This document shows positions 26,758-36,558 of a stretch of DNA of 43,545 nucleotides, piece by piece (position 1 is the first letter of the stretch; every line of letters starts with the position of its first letter). The translations under genes were made by a program, and so were the position numbers. The notes below the pieces were generated by a model, which saw only the letters and a list, made by a program, of their open reading frames with translations, searched no databases and was not told the origin of the DNA. Origin of the DNA: Rudaea sp. (lineage in GTDB: Bacteria > Pseudomonadota > Gammaproteobacteria > Xanthomonadales > Rhodanobacteraceae); contig JBDTYX010000001.1 in assembly GCA_040005435.1 (NCBI GenBank), positions 1 through 43,545 on the forward strand, in the 5' to 3' direction.

Positions 26758-27725
26758 CGATCCTGACGACCCCCGCCATCGAGACGCTGCATCAGTTCGC
26801 GAAGGACGTCCGTGCCGGCCTCGGCAAGTCCGGGCAGAAGGAGCTTCCTTCCAAGTATCTCTACGACGCGCTCGGATCGATGCTGTTCGAAGCGATCACG
26901 TTGTTGCCCGAGTACGGGCTCACGCGCGCCGACGAGCGATTGCTGAAGCGCCATTCGGCGGAGATCGCGCGGCTCACGCCGAACCAGGCGATGGTGTCCG
27001 AACTCGGCAGCGGCAGCGGCCGCAAGACGCGTGCGATCCTGAGCGCGCTGCGCCGCTACGGACCTTTCTCGTACTATCCGATAGAGATCTCGCGCGCCGC
27101 GCTCGCCTCGTGCGAGGCCGAACTCGGCGACATCGATTCGGTCAGCATCGTCGGCGTCGAGAGCGAATACCTGTCGGGTCTCGCCGAAGTCGCGAAGCGA
27201 CGCAAGCCCGGCGAGCACCTGATGGTCCTGTTCCTCGGCAGCACGATCGGCAATTTCGACGCGGGCGCAGATGCGCGCTTCCTTGCTCGCGTGCGCGACA
27301 TCCTCGAACCCGGCGACTCGCTGCTGCTCGGCACCGACCTGATCAAGGCGCAGGAAGTGCTGATCGGCGCGTACGACGATCCGACCGGCGTCACGGCCGC
27401 GTTCAACATGAACCTGCTCGGCCGCATCAATCGCGAACTCGGTGGCGGCTTCGACCTGCGTCAGTTCGAGCACGCGGCGATCTTCAACGCAACGACCAGC
27501 AGCATCGAGATGCATCTTCGCTCGAAGCGCAACCAGACCGTCGCGATCGCGAGCTGCGAGTCCACGATCGATTTTCGCGCGGGCGAGACGATCTGGACCG
27601 AGAGCAGCCACAAGTACACGCGCGAGGACGTCGCGGCGCTCGCGGCCGCCTCGGGCTTCGAGATCCAGCAGCAATGGATAGACGCGGAGTGGCCGTTCGC
27701 CAATTCACTGCTGAGCGCGCGCTAG
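26754..27725 (+). CDS. egtD: L-histidine N-alpha-trimethyltransferase
   Basis: KELPSKYLYD, LFEAIT-LPEY, ELGSGSGRKT, FLGSTIGNF, AYDDPTGVTAAFN, IEMHL, WTESSHKY; AAGGAG RBS. Confidence 0.93.
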   Translation: MTILTTPAIETLHQFAKDVRAGLGKSGQKELPSKYLYDALGSMLFEAITLLPEYGLTRADERLLKRHSAEIARLTPNQAMVSELGSGSGRKTRAILSALRRYGPFSYYPIEISRAALASCEAELGDIDSVSIVGVESEYLSGLAEVAKRRKPGEHLMVLFLGSTIGNFDAGADARFLARVRDILEPGDSLLLGTDLIKAQEVLIGAYDDPTGVTAAFNMNLLGRINRELGGGFDLRQFEHAAIFNATTSSIEMHLRSKRNQTVAIASCESTIDFRAGETIWTESSHKYTREDVAALAAASGFEIQQQWIDAEWPFANSLLSAR

Positions 27726-27805
27726 CGACCAGCGCGATCGTCGTGGTCGGTCGATCCGCGTGGTCGCGGTGGCGCGTCGGCGCGGCAAAGCAGAAACTAA
27801 AATCC

Positions 27806-27856
27806 GGCGCGCGTGACTCGCGACGCATCCAGCGTCGCGCCTCGAACGCGCGTGCC
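27806..27856 (-). terminator. Probable intrinsic terminator between the convergent egt and peptide operons
   Basis: Core stem CGCGACGC-ATCCA-GCGTCGCG (27819-27839) with outer GCGCGT/ACGCGC arms; followed on the minus strand by ATTTTAGTTTC. Confidence 0.5.
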
Positions 27857-27860
27857 GCGC

Positions 27861-29204
27861 CTACTTCTTCGCCGCCGCCGCGTCGAGAGCCTCGATCGTC
27901 GCGTTCGAGGCGAGTTCTGTCGCCTGCAGGCGCCTCGCGGTGGCCTCGGCCTCGCGCAGCACGCGCTGGATGTTGCCGCCAGCCACTTTGGCGAGCGCGT
28001 CGTCGCTCCAGCCGCGGCGCGCGAGTTCGGCGATCAGCGCCGGGTATTTGTCGACGCCTTCCAGACCCTTCGGCGTCGTCGGGATGCCGTCGAAATCCGA
28101 GCCGATGCCGACGCAGTCGAGCCCAGCCACCTTGCGGATGTGCTCGATGTGGTCGGCGACCATCGCGAGCGTCACGACCGGCGACGGATGCTTGCTGTCC
28201 CATTCCGCCAGCGCCTGCTTCGCACGCTCGGGCTGGCCGATGTAGAGGCCCGCGAACGGCGGCGCGTTGTAGCGCGTCTTCTCGGCGGCGCGATCGGACT
28301 CCCAGCGCGCGCTTTCCTCCGACACGTAGGCCGGCGCGAAATTGACCATGACGATGCCGCGATTCTTCGCGACCATCTCGAGCACGTCGTCGGCCACGTC
28401 GCGCGGATGATCGTCGAGCGCGCGGGCGCTCGAGTGCGAGAACATCACCGGCGCGACCGAGGTCGCGAGCGCCGCTTTCATCGTCTCAGCCGAGACGTGG
28501 CTCAGGTCAACGAGCATGCCGATGCGGTTCATCTCGTGCACGACGGCGCGGCCGAACGCGGTGAGGCCGTGGTGCTTGGGCGTATCGGTCGCCGAATCGG
28601 CCCAGTCGTTGTTTAGCGCGTGGGTCAGCGTCATGTAGCGCGCGCCGAGTGCGTACATCTGACGCAGCGTCGGCAACGAGTTGTCGATCTGGGAGCCGCC
28701 CTCGATGCCGATCAGCGAAGCGATGCGTCCCGACTTCTGCACGCGCACGATGTCATCCGCACTGTAGGCCATCGCGAAATCCTGCGGATAGCGTGCGGCC
28801 ATCGTGTGCACGATGTCGATCTGTTCGACCGTCATCTTGACCGCCGCGGCCCCGGTCACGGATGCCGGTATCCAGACCGACCAGAACTGGCCGCCGACAT
28901 GGCCCTTGCGCAGGCGCGGTATGTCGGTCATCAGCGGCGTCTGTTCCTCGGGGCCGTCCTTGTTCGGCGGCAGCTTTGCGGTGTCTTGGCGCAGATCGAT
29001 GCCCGCACCCCAAGCGAAGCGCTCGCGTAGCTCCCACGGCAGGTCGTTGTGACCGTCGATCACGGGCGTCCTCGTCAGCACGCGGTCGACGCGGGCGTTG
29101 AGCGCGGCGTCCGACTCCGCGGCATTCGCCGTGGGCAGGCTGCCGGTAGCGAGAATGCAGGTGAGCATGGCGAGCGGCATCGGGTTGGTTCGGATCGTCG
29201 TCAT
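27861..29204 (-). CDS. Exported membrane dipeptidase (peptidase M19)
   Basis: Signal peptide; IDGHND, GGQFWSV, GIEGG, MTLTH, VDLSH, FSHS, GIGSDFDG (full metal-ligand set). Confidence 0.93.
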   Translation of the reverse strand: MTTIRTNPMPLAMLTCILATGSLPTANAAESDAALNARVDRVLTRTPVIDGHNDLPWELRERFAWGAGIDLRQDTAKLPPNKDGPEEQTPLMTDIPRLRKGHVGGQFWSVWIPASVTGAAAVKMTVEQIDIVHTMAARYPQDFAMAYSADDIVRVQKSGRIASLIGIEGGSQIDNSLPTLRQMYALGARYMTLTHALNNDWADSATDTPKHHGLTAFGRAVVHEMNRIGMLVDLSHVSAETMKAALATSVAPVMFSHSSARALDDHPRDVADDVLEMVAKNRGIVMVNFAPAYVSEESARWESDRAAEKTRYNAPPFAGLYIGQPERAKQALAEWDSKHPSPVVTLAMVADHIEHIRKVAGLDCVGIGSDFDGIPTTPKGLEGVDKYPALIAELARRGWSDDALAKVAGGNIQRVLREAEATARRLQATELASNATIEALDAAAAKK

Positions 29205-29378
29205 CTCGTCTCTTCGTTGTGGTCGACCGGATGGGAACCCTGCAGCAAAAACGCCAGCGTCGCAAGCATCGTCTCGTGTCGCGCGCGCACGGGCTTCACG
29301 CGATGCGGACTGCCGCGCAGCCATGGTCTTCAGTTACACCACGCCCGCCGAATGGGAGGGCGACGACGTTTTCTAGGC

Positions 29379-30962
29379 TCACTTCGCCATCGCCGCGGCC
29401 GCGGGCGTGAAGAGCAGATCCTGGTAGTCGTAGCTGAAATCGGCGAGCGGCGACACCGGCTTCATCGTGATGCGCGCGACCTTGCCGTCGGCGTCGAGGC
29501 CGAAGTTCACGTAGGCGGGTTCGATGTTCTTGTCGTTGAACCTCGTCGTGAAGCTGTCGTACTGCCAATGCTCCAGCGTGCCGCCCATGTTCGGCGTCGA
29601 CTTGAAGTCGATCGTGAGCTTGCCGGCCTTGTCGACGGCGACCTCGATATTGCCGTACCACGGGTCGCTGTAGGAGCCGATATAGCGCGCGAGGGGCAGC
29701 GACGGGCCGACCTTGACCGGCTTCGCGGCGGTCGCGCGGAACGCCTGCAGGCCCTTCGCGATCCTTTCCTTCTTGAACGCGATGTATTTTTCGGGCCACT
29801 CGCTCGCCGGCGCGCCGAGGTAGTGATCGAGCAGCTCGTGCATGAGACCCACGATGATCTCGCCATCTTCGCTGTTGATCTGGATCGAAAAGCCGACGTG
29901 CTTGTCCGGCAGCAGCGCGACGACAGTCTGGAAGCCGAACACCGCGCCGCCATGCGAGATGAGCTTTGCGCCGCGATAGTCGCTGATGTTCCAGCCGAGC
30001 GCGTAGGTGTTGAACAGCGGCTGCGTCGTGTTGAGCGGCGGCGGCAGCGCGGACACGGGTTCGAGCACCATCGGCTTCCACATCTCTCCCTGCGCCGCGG
30101 CGCTGAACAGGTGCGCGTCGCTGTCCGGCAGCTTGCCGGCGGCGAGCTGGATGCGCAGCCAGCGCGCGAAGTCATTTGCGCTGATCGCGAGCCCACCGGC
30201 CGGCGCAGCGTTGCGGCCGAGTTCGTCGCGCTCGTCGAGCACTTGCTGGTCGCCGGCGCCGCGCAGGCCGCCGTTCATGCGCGCGTGCGGATAGGCGCGG
30301 TCGGCCTCGGCGAAGCGCACCGCCTCGTCGCTGGTCGAGCGCAGCATCCCCGCCGGCTTGAACAGATGCTCGGCCGTAAATTGTTCCCAGGTCTGCCCGG
30401 TCACCGACTCGATCAGCTGGCCGGCCACCATGTAGAGGATGTTGTCGTAGGCGAAGCCGCTGCGGAAGCTCGTCGCGGGCTTGATGTAACGGAGTCGTTT
30501 CACCGACTCGGCGCGGCTCAGGCTGCTGCGCGGCACGAACAGCAGGTCGCCGGCGCCGAGACCGAGACCGCTGCGATGCACGAGCAGGTCGCGGATCGTC
30601 ATCTCGCGCGTGACCCAGGGATCGTACATCTGAAACCCGAGCAGCCGATCGATCACCTTGTCGTCCCAGCCGATCTTGCCTTCGTCGACGAGAATCGCGA
30701 GGTCCGCGACCGTGAATGCCTTGCCGGTGGAGCCATTGGGAAAAATCGTGTCGGCATCGACGCGCTCGGGCGCGCCGAGCTTGCGCGCGCCGAAACCCCT
30801 GGCGAACGTGACTTGGTCGTTTTCGACGATCGCGACCGACATGCCGGGCACGCCGACCTGCTTGCGCAGGGTTTCCACACGTTGTTCGAAGCCTTCCGGC
30901 GGCGCCGCGAACGGCGTCGATGCAATGGCCAGTGAGATGGCGGCGAAGATGAGGCGCTTCAT
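29379..30962 (-). CDS. Serine hydrolase, beta-lactamase/PBP fold (S12) with DUF3471-like C-terminus
   Basis: Signal peptide; SxxK (STGK), LLVHRSGL, YDN, HGG; C-terminal YIGSYSDPWYG. Confidence 0.92.
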   Translation of the reverse strand: MKRLIFAAISLAIASTPFAAPPEGFEQRVETLRKQVGVPGMSVAIVENDQVTFARGFGARKLGAPERVDADTIFPNGSTGKAFTVADLAILVDEGKIGWDDKVIDRLLGFQMYDPWVTREMTIRDLLVHRSGLGLGAGDLLFVPRSSLSRAESVKRLRYIKPATSFRSGFAYDNILYMVAGQLIESVTGQTWEQFTAEHLFKPAGMLRSTSDEAVRFAEADRAYPHARMNGGLRGAGDQQVLDERDELGRNAAPAGGLAISANDFARWLRIQLAAGKLPDSDAHLFSAAAQGEMWKPMVLEPVSALPPPLNTTQPLFNTYALGWNISDYRGAKLISHGGAVFGFQTVVALLPDKHVGFSIQINSEDGEIIVGLMHELLDHYLGAPASEWPEKYIAFKKERIAKGLQAFRATAAKPVKVGPSLPLARYIGSYSDPWYGNIEVAVDKAGKLTIDFKSTPNMGGTLEHWQYDSFTTRFNDKNIEPAYVNFGLDADGKVARITMKPVSPLADFSYDYQDLLFTPAAAAMAK

Positions 30963-32086
30963 GGGTTCTCCTGCGCAGCGAGGCGGTGACGACGAATCCT
31001 GAAGATGCCGAACGTGAGCAGCGGCACCACGTAGACGACGAGGAAGATCGCGGCGAGCGCGCGATAGCCGCGCGCGATCAACGCGACGAGGCCGAATCGA
31101 TCGGCGAGCAGCATGCAGCAGGCGAGCAGCACGAGCGCGATGCCGAGGCGTGCGTGCCGAGACAGCGGCGTGCCGCGCGCGCCGCGCCAGGCTTTCGCGA
31201 CGCGCTCGTTGATCGCGTGCACCGCGCCGGTACCGCTCTCGAGCAGCGCAGCGAAGATCATCGCCTGGAACAGCAGGTGGAACGCGGGCAGGTTCAGGCG
31301 CTGCAGCATGAAGTCCGAAGGCAGCGTCTCGTTGGCGATCGCCGGATAGAACGCGATCATGCACGTGAAGAACAGTATCGCGGGCAGCATCGCGAGCGGG
31401 CCGGCGACGAGACCCGCGACGACCGCATCGCGATCGCTCGTGAGATGGCGCATGACCGGCAGGATGACGACCGCGCCGATGATGTTATAGCTCGCGTACG
31501 TGAGGCCGCCGAGTGCCCAGCCGGCAGACGGCGCATCCGTCGCGAAGCCGGCGAGGATGCGGTCGCCGAAATGCGTGAACGCGAACAGCATGAACAACGC
31601 GTAGACGCCGTAGAGCAGGAACGAAACGTATTTGAACAGGCGCTCGACCGACTCGTTGCCGAACGTGACGACGCAGGCGATGCCAGCCATCAGCGCGAGC
31701 GTGCCCGCGAGCTTCGGCAGGTTGAACATCGCTGCGCCGATCGCGCCCGCCGCGGCGCCGAACACCGCGAGGATCAGGACGACGAAGATCAGGTAGGCGC
31801 TCTCGAACACGATCCAGCCGCGGCCGAGCAGCGCGCGGAAGAAACTCAGGTAGTCGCGCGCGCCGGTCGCGCGTGCGAACAGGAACGTCGCAACGCAGAC
31901 GCCGCTCCAGATCAGCATCGCGAGCAGCATCGCCGCGAGCCCGCCCCACGGGCCGCTCGGCAGGAAGAATTCCGCGAGTTCTCTTCCGGTCGCATAGCCG
32001 CCACCGATCACGACCGCCTTGAACGCGAAGCCCGGCAGCAGGTAGCGCGCGAACCAGCCGGTCGACGTGGCGGGGGCCGCACTCAT
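30959..32086 (-). CDS. YkvI-like membrane protein (putative amino-acid permease)
   Basis: VIGGGYATGRELAEFF signature; many TM segments; ATGA overlaps at both ends. Confidence 0.85.
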   Translation of the reverse strand: MSAAPATSTGWFARYLLPGFAFKAVVIGGGYATGRELAEFFLPSGPWGGLAAMLLAMLIWSGVCVATFLFARATGARDYLSFFRALLGRGWIVFESAYLIFVVLILAVFGAAAGAIGAAMFNLPKLAGTLALMAGIACVVTFGNESVERLFKYVSFLLYGVYALFMLFAFTHFGDRILAGFATDAPSAGWALGGLTYASYNIIGAVVILPVMRHLTSDRDAVVAGLVAGPLAMLPAILFFTCMIAFYPAIANETLPSDFMLQRLNLPAFHLLFQAMIFAALLESGTGAVHAINERVAKAWRGARGTPLSRHARLGIALVLLACCMLLADRFGLVALIARGYRALAAIFLVVYVVPLLTFGIFRIRRHRLAAQENP

Positions 32087-33411
32087 CCTGCAACCGGCGC
32101 CAGCGCGGCGTCGCGGCTCGCCGCGGCGATGTCGTGGGCGCGCGCGGCCTCGATGCGCCGGGCACGAGAATCGAGGGCGAGCAGCATCGCCGCGGAGAGC
32201 GCCGCGATCGCGGCCAGGATCACGAAGAACGCCGCGTGGCTCGTGCGGCTCCACAACGCGCCGACGAGCCCCGCGGTCAGGCTGCCCGTGAATATCGCGA
32301 GGAACCATGCTGCGACCGTCGTCGCTCCCAGAGTGGCCGGCGCGAGCCGCGCGAACAGCCCGAGCCCGGTCGGCAGGATGAATAGCTCGCCCAGGGTGAA
32401 CACGATGAAGAATGCGACGAGCCACAGCCAGCTCGCGCGCGCATCGCCCGCGAGCGCGGCGACGAGCGCGAGCAGCAGGTAGGCCGCCGCGATCACGAGT
32501 GCGCCGGTCGCCATCTTCTGCATCGCCGACGACTCGCTCCCCGCCTGAGCGCGCGCGCGCCAGCGCGCGAGCAGCAGCGGCGTCATGATGAACACGAGCA
32601 GCGGATTGAGCGCCTGGAACCAGGTCATCGGCACGCTGAAACTGCCGGCCGCGCGATCGATGCCGACGTCGGCCCACAGCGCAACCGTATTGCCGACCTG
32701 TTCGTAGGCGCCGCGGAAAACCGTCACCGCCACGCCGATGCCGAGCAGCAGCAGGAACGTCGATCTGCCGTCTTGCATGCGCGCGACGACCGCGACGGAA
32801 GCCGCGGGTTGTGAGGCAATCGAACGCGAAGCGGGCAGATACTTGCCTCCCCAGACGTAGATCACGAGACCGGCGAGCATGCCGATGCCCGCGGCGCCGA
32901 AGCCCCAGTGCCAGCCGTAGAACTCCCCGAGCGTGCCGCAGATCAGCGGCGCGAGGAATCCGCCGATGTTGATGCCGACGTAGTAGACATTGTATGCCCA
33001 GCCGCGGCGCGGATCGTCGCTGCGGTAGAGGTCGTTGATCTGGCTCGGCAGGCTCGGTAGAAACAGTCCGTTGCCGAGCGCGATCGTCGCGAGCGCGAAG
33101 TAGAACAGCGGCTCGAACGTCATCATGAAATGACCCGCCGCCATGATCGTGCCGCCGATGATCACCGCACGCCGCTTGCCTAGCCAGCGGTCCGCGACGA
33201 CGCCACCGATGATCGGCGTGAAGTACGCGAGCGCGGTGTAGGTGCCATAGATCAGCGATGACTTCTCCTGGCCGATCAGCAGCTGCTTCGTCATGTAGTA
33301 GACGAGCAGCGTGCGCATGCCGTAGTAGGAGAATATCTCCCACATCTCGGTGAGAAACAGGATCGTCAGCCCGCGCGGCTGGCCGAACCAGTTTTTTTCC
33401 AGCTCGGTCAC
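32083..33411 (-). CDS. POT/PTR-family peptide:H+ symporter
   Basis: EMWEIFSYYGMR, GGVVADRWLG, GNGLF, YYVGINIGGF, FQALNP, GELFI; GTG start. Confidence 0.92.
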   Translation of the reverse strand: MTELEKNWFGQPRGLTILFLTEMWEIFSYYGMRTLLVYYMTKQLLIGQEKSSLIYGTYTALAYFTPIIGGVVADRWLGKRRAVIIGGTIMAAGHFMMTFEPLFYFALATIALGNGLFLPSLPSQINDLYRSDDPRRGWAYNVYYVGINIGGFLAPLICGTLGEFYGWHWGFGAAGIGMLAGLVIYVWGGKYLPASRSIASQPAASVAVVARMQDGRSTFLLLLGIGVAVTVFRGAYEQVGNTVALWADVGIDRAAGSFSVPMTWFQALNPLLVFIMTPLLLARWRARAQAGSESSAMQKMATGALVIAAAYLLLALVAALAGDARASWLWLVAFFIVFTLGELFILPTGLGLFARLAPATLGATTVAAWFLAIFTGSLTAGLVGALWSRTSHAAFFVILAAIAALSAAMLLALDSRARRIEAARAHDIAAASRDAALAPVAG

Positions 33412-34418
33412 GGCACCGCCGCGTGGACCGATCCCCATACCTCGTCGCCGGCCCAGACGAGGCCGTCGTCGTAGCGCAGCGCCGGATCGCGGTCGCGCGC
33501 GAGGAAGATCGGACCGTCGAGGTCGACCACGTCGCAGAGCTGGCCGACGACGAACGCGGGCGCCATCGCCCAGCTCGTGCCGACCATGTTGCCGACCATC
33601 ACCTTGAGGCCGAGCTCGCGCGCGGCGTGCGCCATCGCGAGCGCCTCGGTCAGGCCGCCGCACTTGTCGAGCTTGATGTTGACGACGTGGAAGCGCCCGA
33701 CGAGTCCCGGCACGTCCGCGAGACACAACGCGCTTTCATCGGCGGCGAGCGGAATCGGCGAATGGAATCCGTCGAGATCGGCCTCTCGGCCGCGCCGCAG
33801 CGGCTGCTCGACGAGCGCCACCTTCGCCTCGACGAGCGCGCCGACGAGCGCATCCAGCGCGCCGATCGTATAGCCCTGGTTCGCATCGACGCCGAGCCAC
33901 ACGTCCGGCCGCGCGTCACGCACCGCGCGTACGCGCGCGATGTCGAGATCGAGTTCGCCCGTGAGCTTCATCTTGATCGCGCGCGCCTGCGCATAAGTTC
34001 GCGCGCCCTCGGCCATGCGCTGCGGATCTTCGGCGCCAAGAGTGAAAGTCGTGAGCAGCGGCTTCGGCGGCGGCAACCCCGCGAGTTGCCAAACCGGCTT
34101 GCCGCTGCGGTGCGCGTCGAGGTCCCAGAGCGCGCAATCGAGCGCGTTGCGCGCGCCGCCCGGCGGCAGCATCCGCTGCAACGACTCGCGATCGATGCCC
34201 GCCTCGATCGTCGCGCGATGCGCCTCGATCGCCGCGGTCATCTCCGGCAGGTTGTCGTTGAGATAGTAGACGCCCGACGCCTCGCCGCGCCCGCGATGGC
34301 CGCCGTCGTCGAGCGTGACGACGACCGCGGGCTGCGCCTCGAACACGTAGCCCGAGATGCGGAACGGCACGCGCAGCCGCAGTTCCTCGGTCGCGACGCC
34401 GAGCCTCAGCCGGGACAT
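33408..34418 (-). CDS. dgcA: Enolase-superfamily dipeptide epimerase / N-acetyl-D-Glu racemase (DgcA/YcjG-like)
   Basis: PFRISG, GGARNALDCALWDL, KMK, DAN, EQP, DES, KLDKCGG, DLDG; same operon as DUF1611. Confidence 0.85.
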   Translation of the reverse strand: MSRLRLGVATEELRLRVPFRISGYVFEAQPAVVVTLDDGGHRGRGEASGVYYLNDNLPEMTAAIEAHRATIEAGIDRESLQRMLPPGGARNALDCALWDLDAHRSGKPVWQLAGLPPPKPLLTTFTLGAEDPQRMAEGARTYAQARAIKMKLTGELDLDIARVRAVRDARPDVWLGVDANQGYTIGALDALVGALVEAKVALVEQPLRRGREADLDGFHSPIPLAADESALCLADVPGLVGRFHVVNIKLDKCGGLTEALAMAHAARELGLKVMVGNMVGTSWAMAPAFVVGQLCDVVDLDGPIFLARDRDPALRYDDGLVWAGDEVWGSVHAAVP

Positions 34419-36457
34419 CAGTAGTTCACTCCCCAGCCGATCAGATGGAACGCGAACGCGATCCAGAGCACGACCAGTCCCGAAAGCGCCAGCACGACGC
34501 TCCAGAGTTTCGCCGGCCAGCGACGGCCGCCGCCGCTCCACACCGTCCACAGGTTCCACAGGATCAACGCGAAGCCGCCGATGAATGCGACGAAGCCGAA
34601 GATCTGGTCGAAGCGGATGATCGGATCGAACGCCGCCGTCGTGTTGTTGAGGTCGCCCAGCATCGACAGGACCGAGCCGATCCATGCGCCGAAGGCGAGC
34701 AGCATGAGCAACGCACCGAGCTTGCCCGCACGGTAGGCAGCAAGTGCGCGCGAAGGCAGATCGAGACGTGCGCGATAGCGGCGACGCACGATCGCCGCGA
34801 TCGGCCATATCAGCACCGTCAGCAACAGCACGGCGAGGCTCGCGTAGAGCGCGGGCATCAGCCACGCGCCGTCGCGTGCGGCATCGGCGCGCAGGAACAC
34901 CTCGAACGGACCGAGCAGCCCGTAGCTGAAGCGCGTGACCTTGCCGTCTTCAACCTTCGCGGCGAGCAGGTCGTGGCCGTTCGCGTCCTGCCAGACGAAC
35001 GGCGAGACCTCGACCCATTTGACCGGCTTGCCATCGAGTCCCTTCGCGTCGGGGATCAGCAGTCCGCCCTTTTCGTCGACACCGGCCTTGGTTTGCCCGA
35101 TCAGCCCGATCGCCGCGAAGAAATTGGAGAACGCGCCGCGCGAGCCTACCCAGTTGCCCGCCATCATCTGCGCATGCTGTTTCGCGGTCGTGTCGTCGAC
35201 GCGTGTCGCGATGCGCGGGCCCGGGAAGTAGCGATCGGCGAAGTCGGCGAACAGCGCCAGACGCAGAAAGTGCGCGGCGCCCGCCTTGCCGGGGCTGTTG
35301 AACGAGACATAAAACCCAACATTTTCCTTCATGAACAGATGCAGCGACGTATGGAAGTAGTCGGTGTCGCCGAGGTGTCCGATGACCTCGCGGCCGTTGA
35401 TGTTGGTCTCGAAGAAGCCGAGCTCCATGCGGTTGAGCTGCGGCAGCAGCGTCAGCGCGGTGTCGTGCATCTGTCTTGCCGTTTCCTCCTTGAGGATGCG
35501 ATTGCCGTTGTACTCGCCGTTCTGCAGGTGCGCGATCATGAAATGCGCCATTTCCTCGGCAGGTGACGACATCGAGCCGGCCGGCGCGGGACCGACGATC
35601 TCGAACTTCTTCGCAGGCGCGGACGCGGTGATATAGCCGGTCGACATCAGCGGCACGAGCGCCGCAGGCAGCGGCTGGCGGAACGTCGAATGGGTCATGT
35701 CCAGTGGCGCGAAGATATGCTTGTCGACGTAGTCGTCGAATGATTCGCCGGAGACGCGCTGCACGATATAGCCCGCGAGCGATGCGCCGTAGTTCGAATA
35801 CGCGGGCGTCGTGCCCGCGTCGAACACGCGCGTCGGCGTCCAGCGCTTGAGCAGCGTGACGTAGTCCGGTGCGTTTGGGTCCTCGGTGATGATGTTCTTG
35901 ATCTGCTCCTCGAAGCCGGCCGTGTGCTGCATGAGATTGCGCATCGTGATCGGCTTGCCGTCGCGCGGCGGGATCGTGAAATCGAGATACTTGTTGATAT
36001 CGGCGTCGAGGTCGATCTTGCCGGCTTCGACTTGCTGCATCACCGCGGTCCAGGTGACGAGCTTCGACACCGAACCGGGGCGGAACAGTGTCAGCTTCGG
36101 ATCGACCGGCTTCTTGGTCGCGACGTCGGAGTAGCCGAAGCCACGTTCGCTGACGATCCGGCCGTCCTTCACTACCGCGACGACGGCACCCGCGATGTCG
36201 CCGGTCGCCATCGCGTACGGCATGAAGCCGTCGAGCCATGCGTCGACGTCGGCGGCCGACAATTCGTGTGCGCCTTGCGGCGTCGAGGTCAGCGCCGCGG
36301 CTGGCGCTGCGGGCGGCGGCGCGGCCGTGGGCTCGTGCAGCGCCGAAGCGGCCGGCGGCGCCAACGAGGGCGCCTGCACTGGCGTGCTGCTCTGTGCCGG
36401 AGTGGTGGCCCAGCCGGCGGTCAGGAGTAGCGCAGCGATCAATTTCAAGGACTTCAT
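34418..36457 (-). CDS. Serine hydrolase (beta-lactamase fold) with C-terminal membrane anchors
   Basis: GAGGAG RBS; signal peptide; Pro/Ala linker; SVSK, HTAGF, YSNY, HLGD; about four C-terminal TM helices. Confidence 0.92.
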   Translation of the reverse strand: MKSLKLIAALLLTAGWATTPAQSSTPVQAPSLAPPAASALHEPTAAPPPAAPAAALTSTPQGAHELSAADVDAWLDGFMPYAMATGDIAGAVVAVVKDGRIVSERGFGYSDVATKKPVDPKLTLFRPGSVSKLVTWTAVMQQVEAGKIDLDADINKYLDFTIPPRDGKPITMRNLMQHTAGFEEQIKNIITEDPNAPDYVTLLKRWTPTRVFDAGTTPAYSNYGASLAGYIVQRVSGESFDDYVDKHIFAPLDMTHSTFRQPLPAALVPLMSTGYITASAPAKKFEIVGPAPAGSMSSPAEEMAHFMIAHLQNGEYNGNRILKEETARQMHDTALTLLPQLNRMELGFFETNINGREVIGHLGDTDYFHTSLHLFMKENVGFYVSFNSPGKAGAAHFLRLALFADFADRYFPGPRIATRVDDTTAKQHAQMMAGNWVGSRGAFSNFFAAIGLIGQTKAGVDEKGGLLIPDAKGLDGKPVKWVEVSPFVWQDANGHDLLAAKVEDGKVTRFSYGLLGPFEVFLRADAARDGAWLMPALYASLAVLLLTVLIWPIAAIVRRRYRARLDLPSRALAAYRAGKLGALLMLLAFGAWIGSVLSMLGDLNNTTAAFDPIIRFDQIFGFVAFIGGFALILWNLWTVWSGGGRRWPAKLWSVVLALSGLVVLWIAFAFHLIGWGVNY

Positions 36458-36558
36458 GTTCTCTCCTCGCGGCGGGTCTGTTTCGCGGCGATCATCGTCG
36501 CGCATTTTCCCCGCCTGGTGGGTTGGCGAATATCAGTTGGGTGGCACGGGTCCGCGGC

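Noticed and set aside
20544-27725. Selenoneine (sen) cluster or selenocysteine recoding
   Set aside because: No SenB glycosyltransferase or SenC/SelD gene, and no in-frame TGA at the lost-Cys positions (they are TCG).
29379-36457. Beta-lactam resistance genes or a microcystin mlr cluster
   Set aside because: The hydrolases have HGG/HLG rather than KTG plus extra domains typical of peptidases; mlrA and mlrC are absent.
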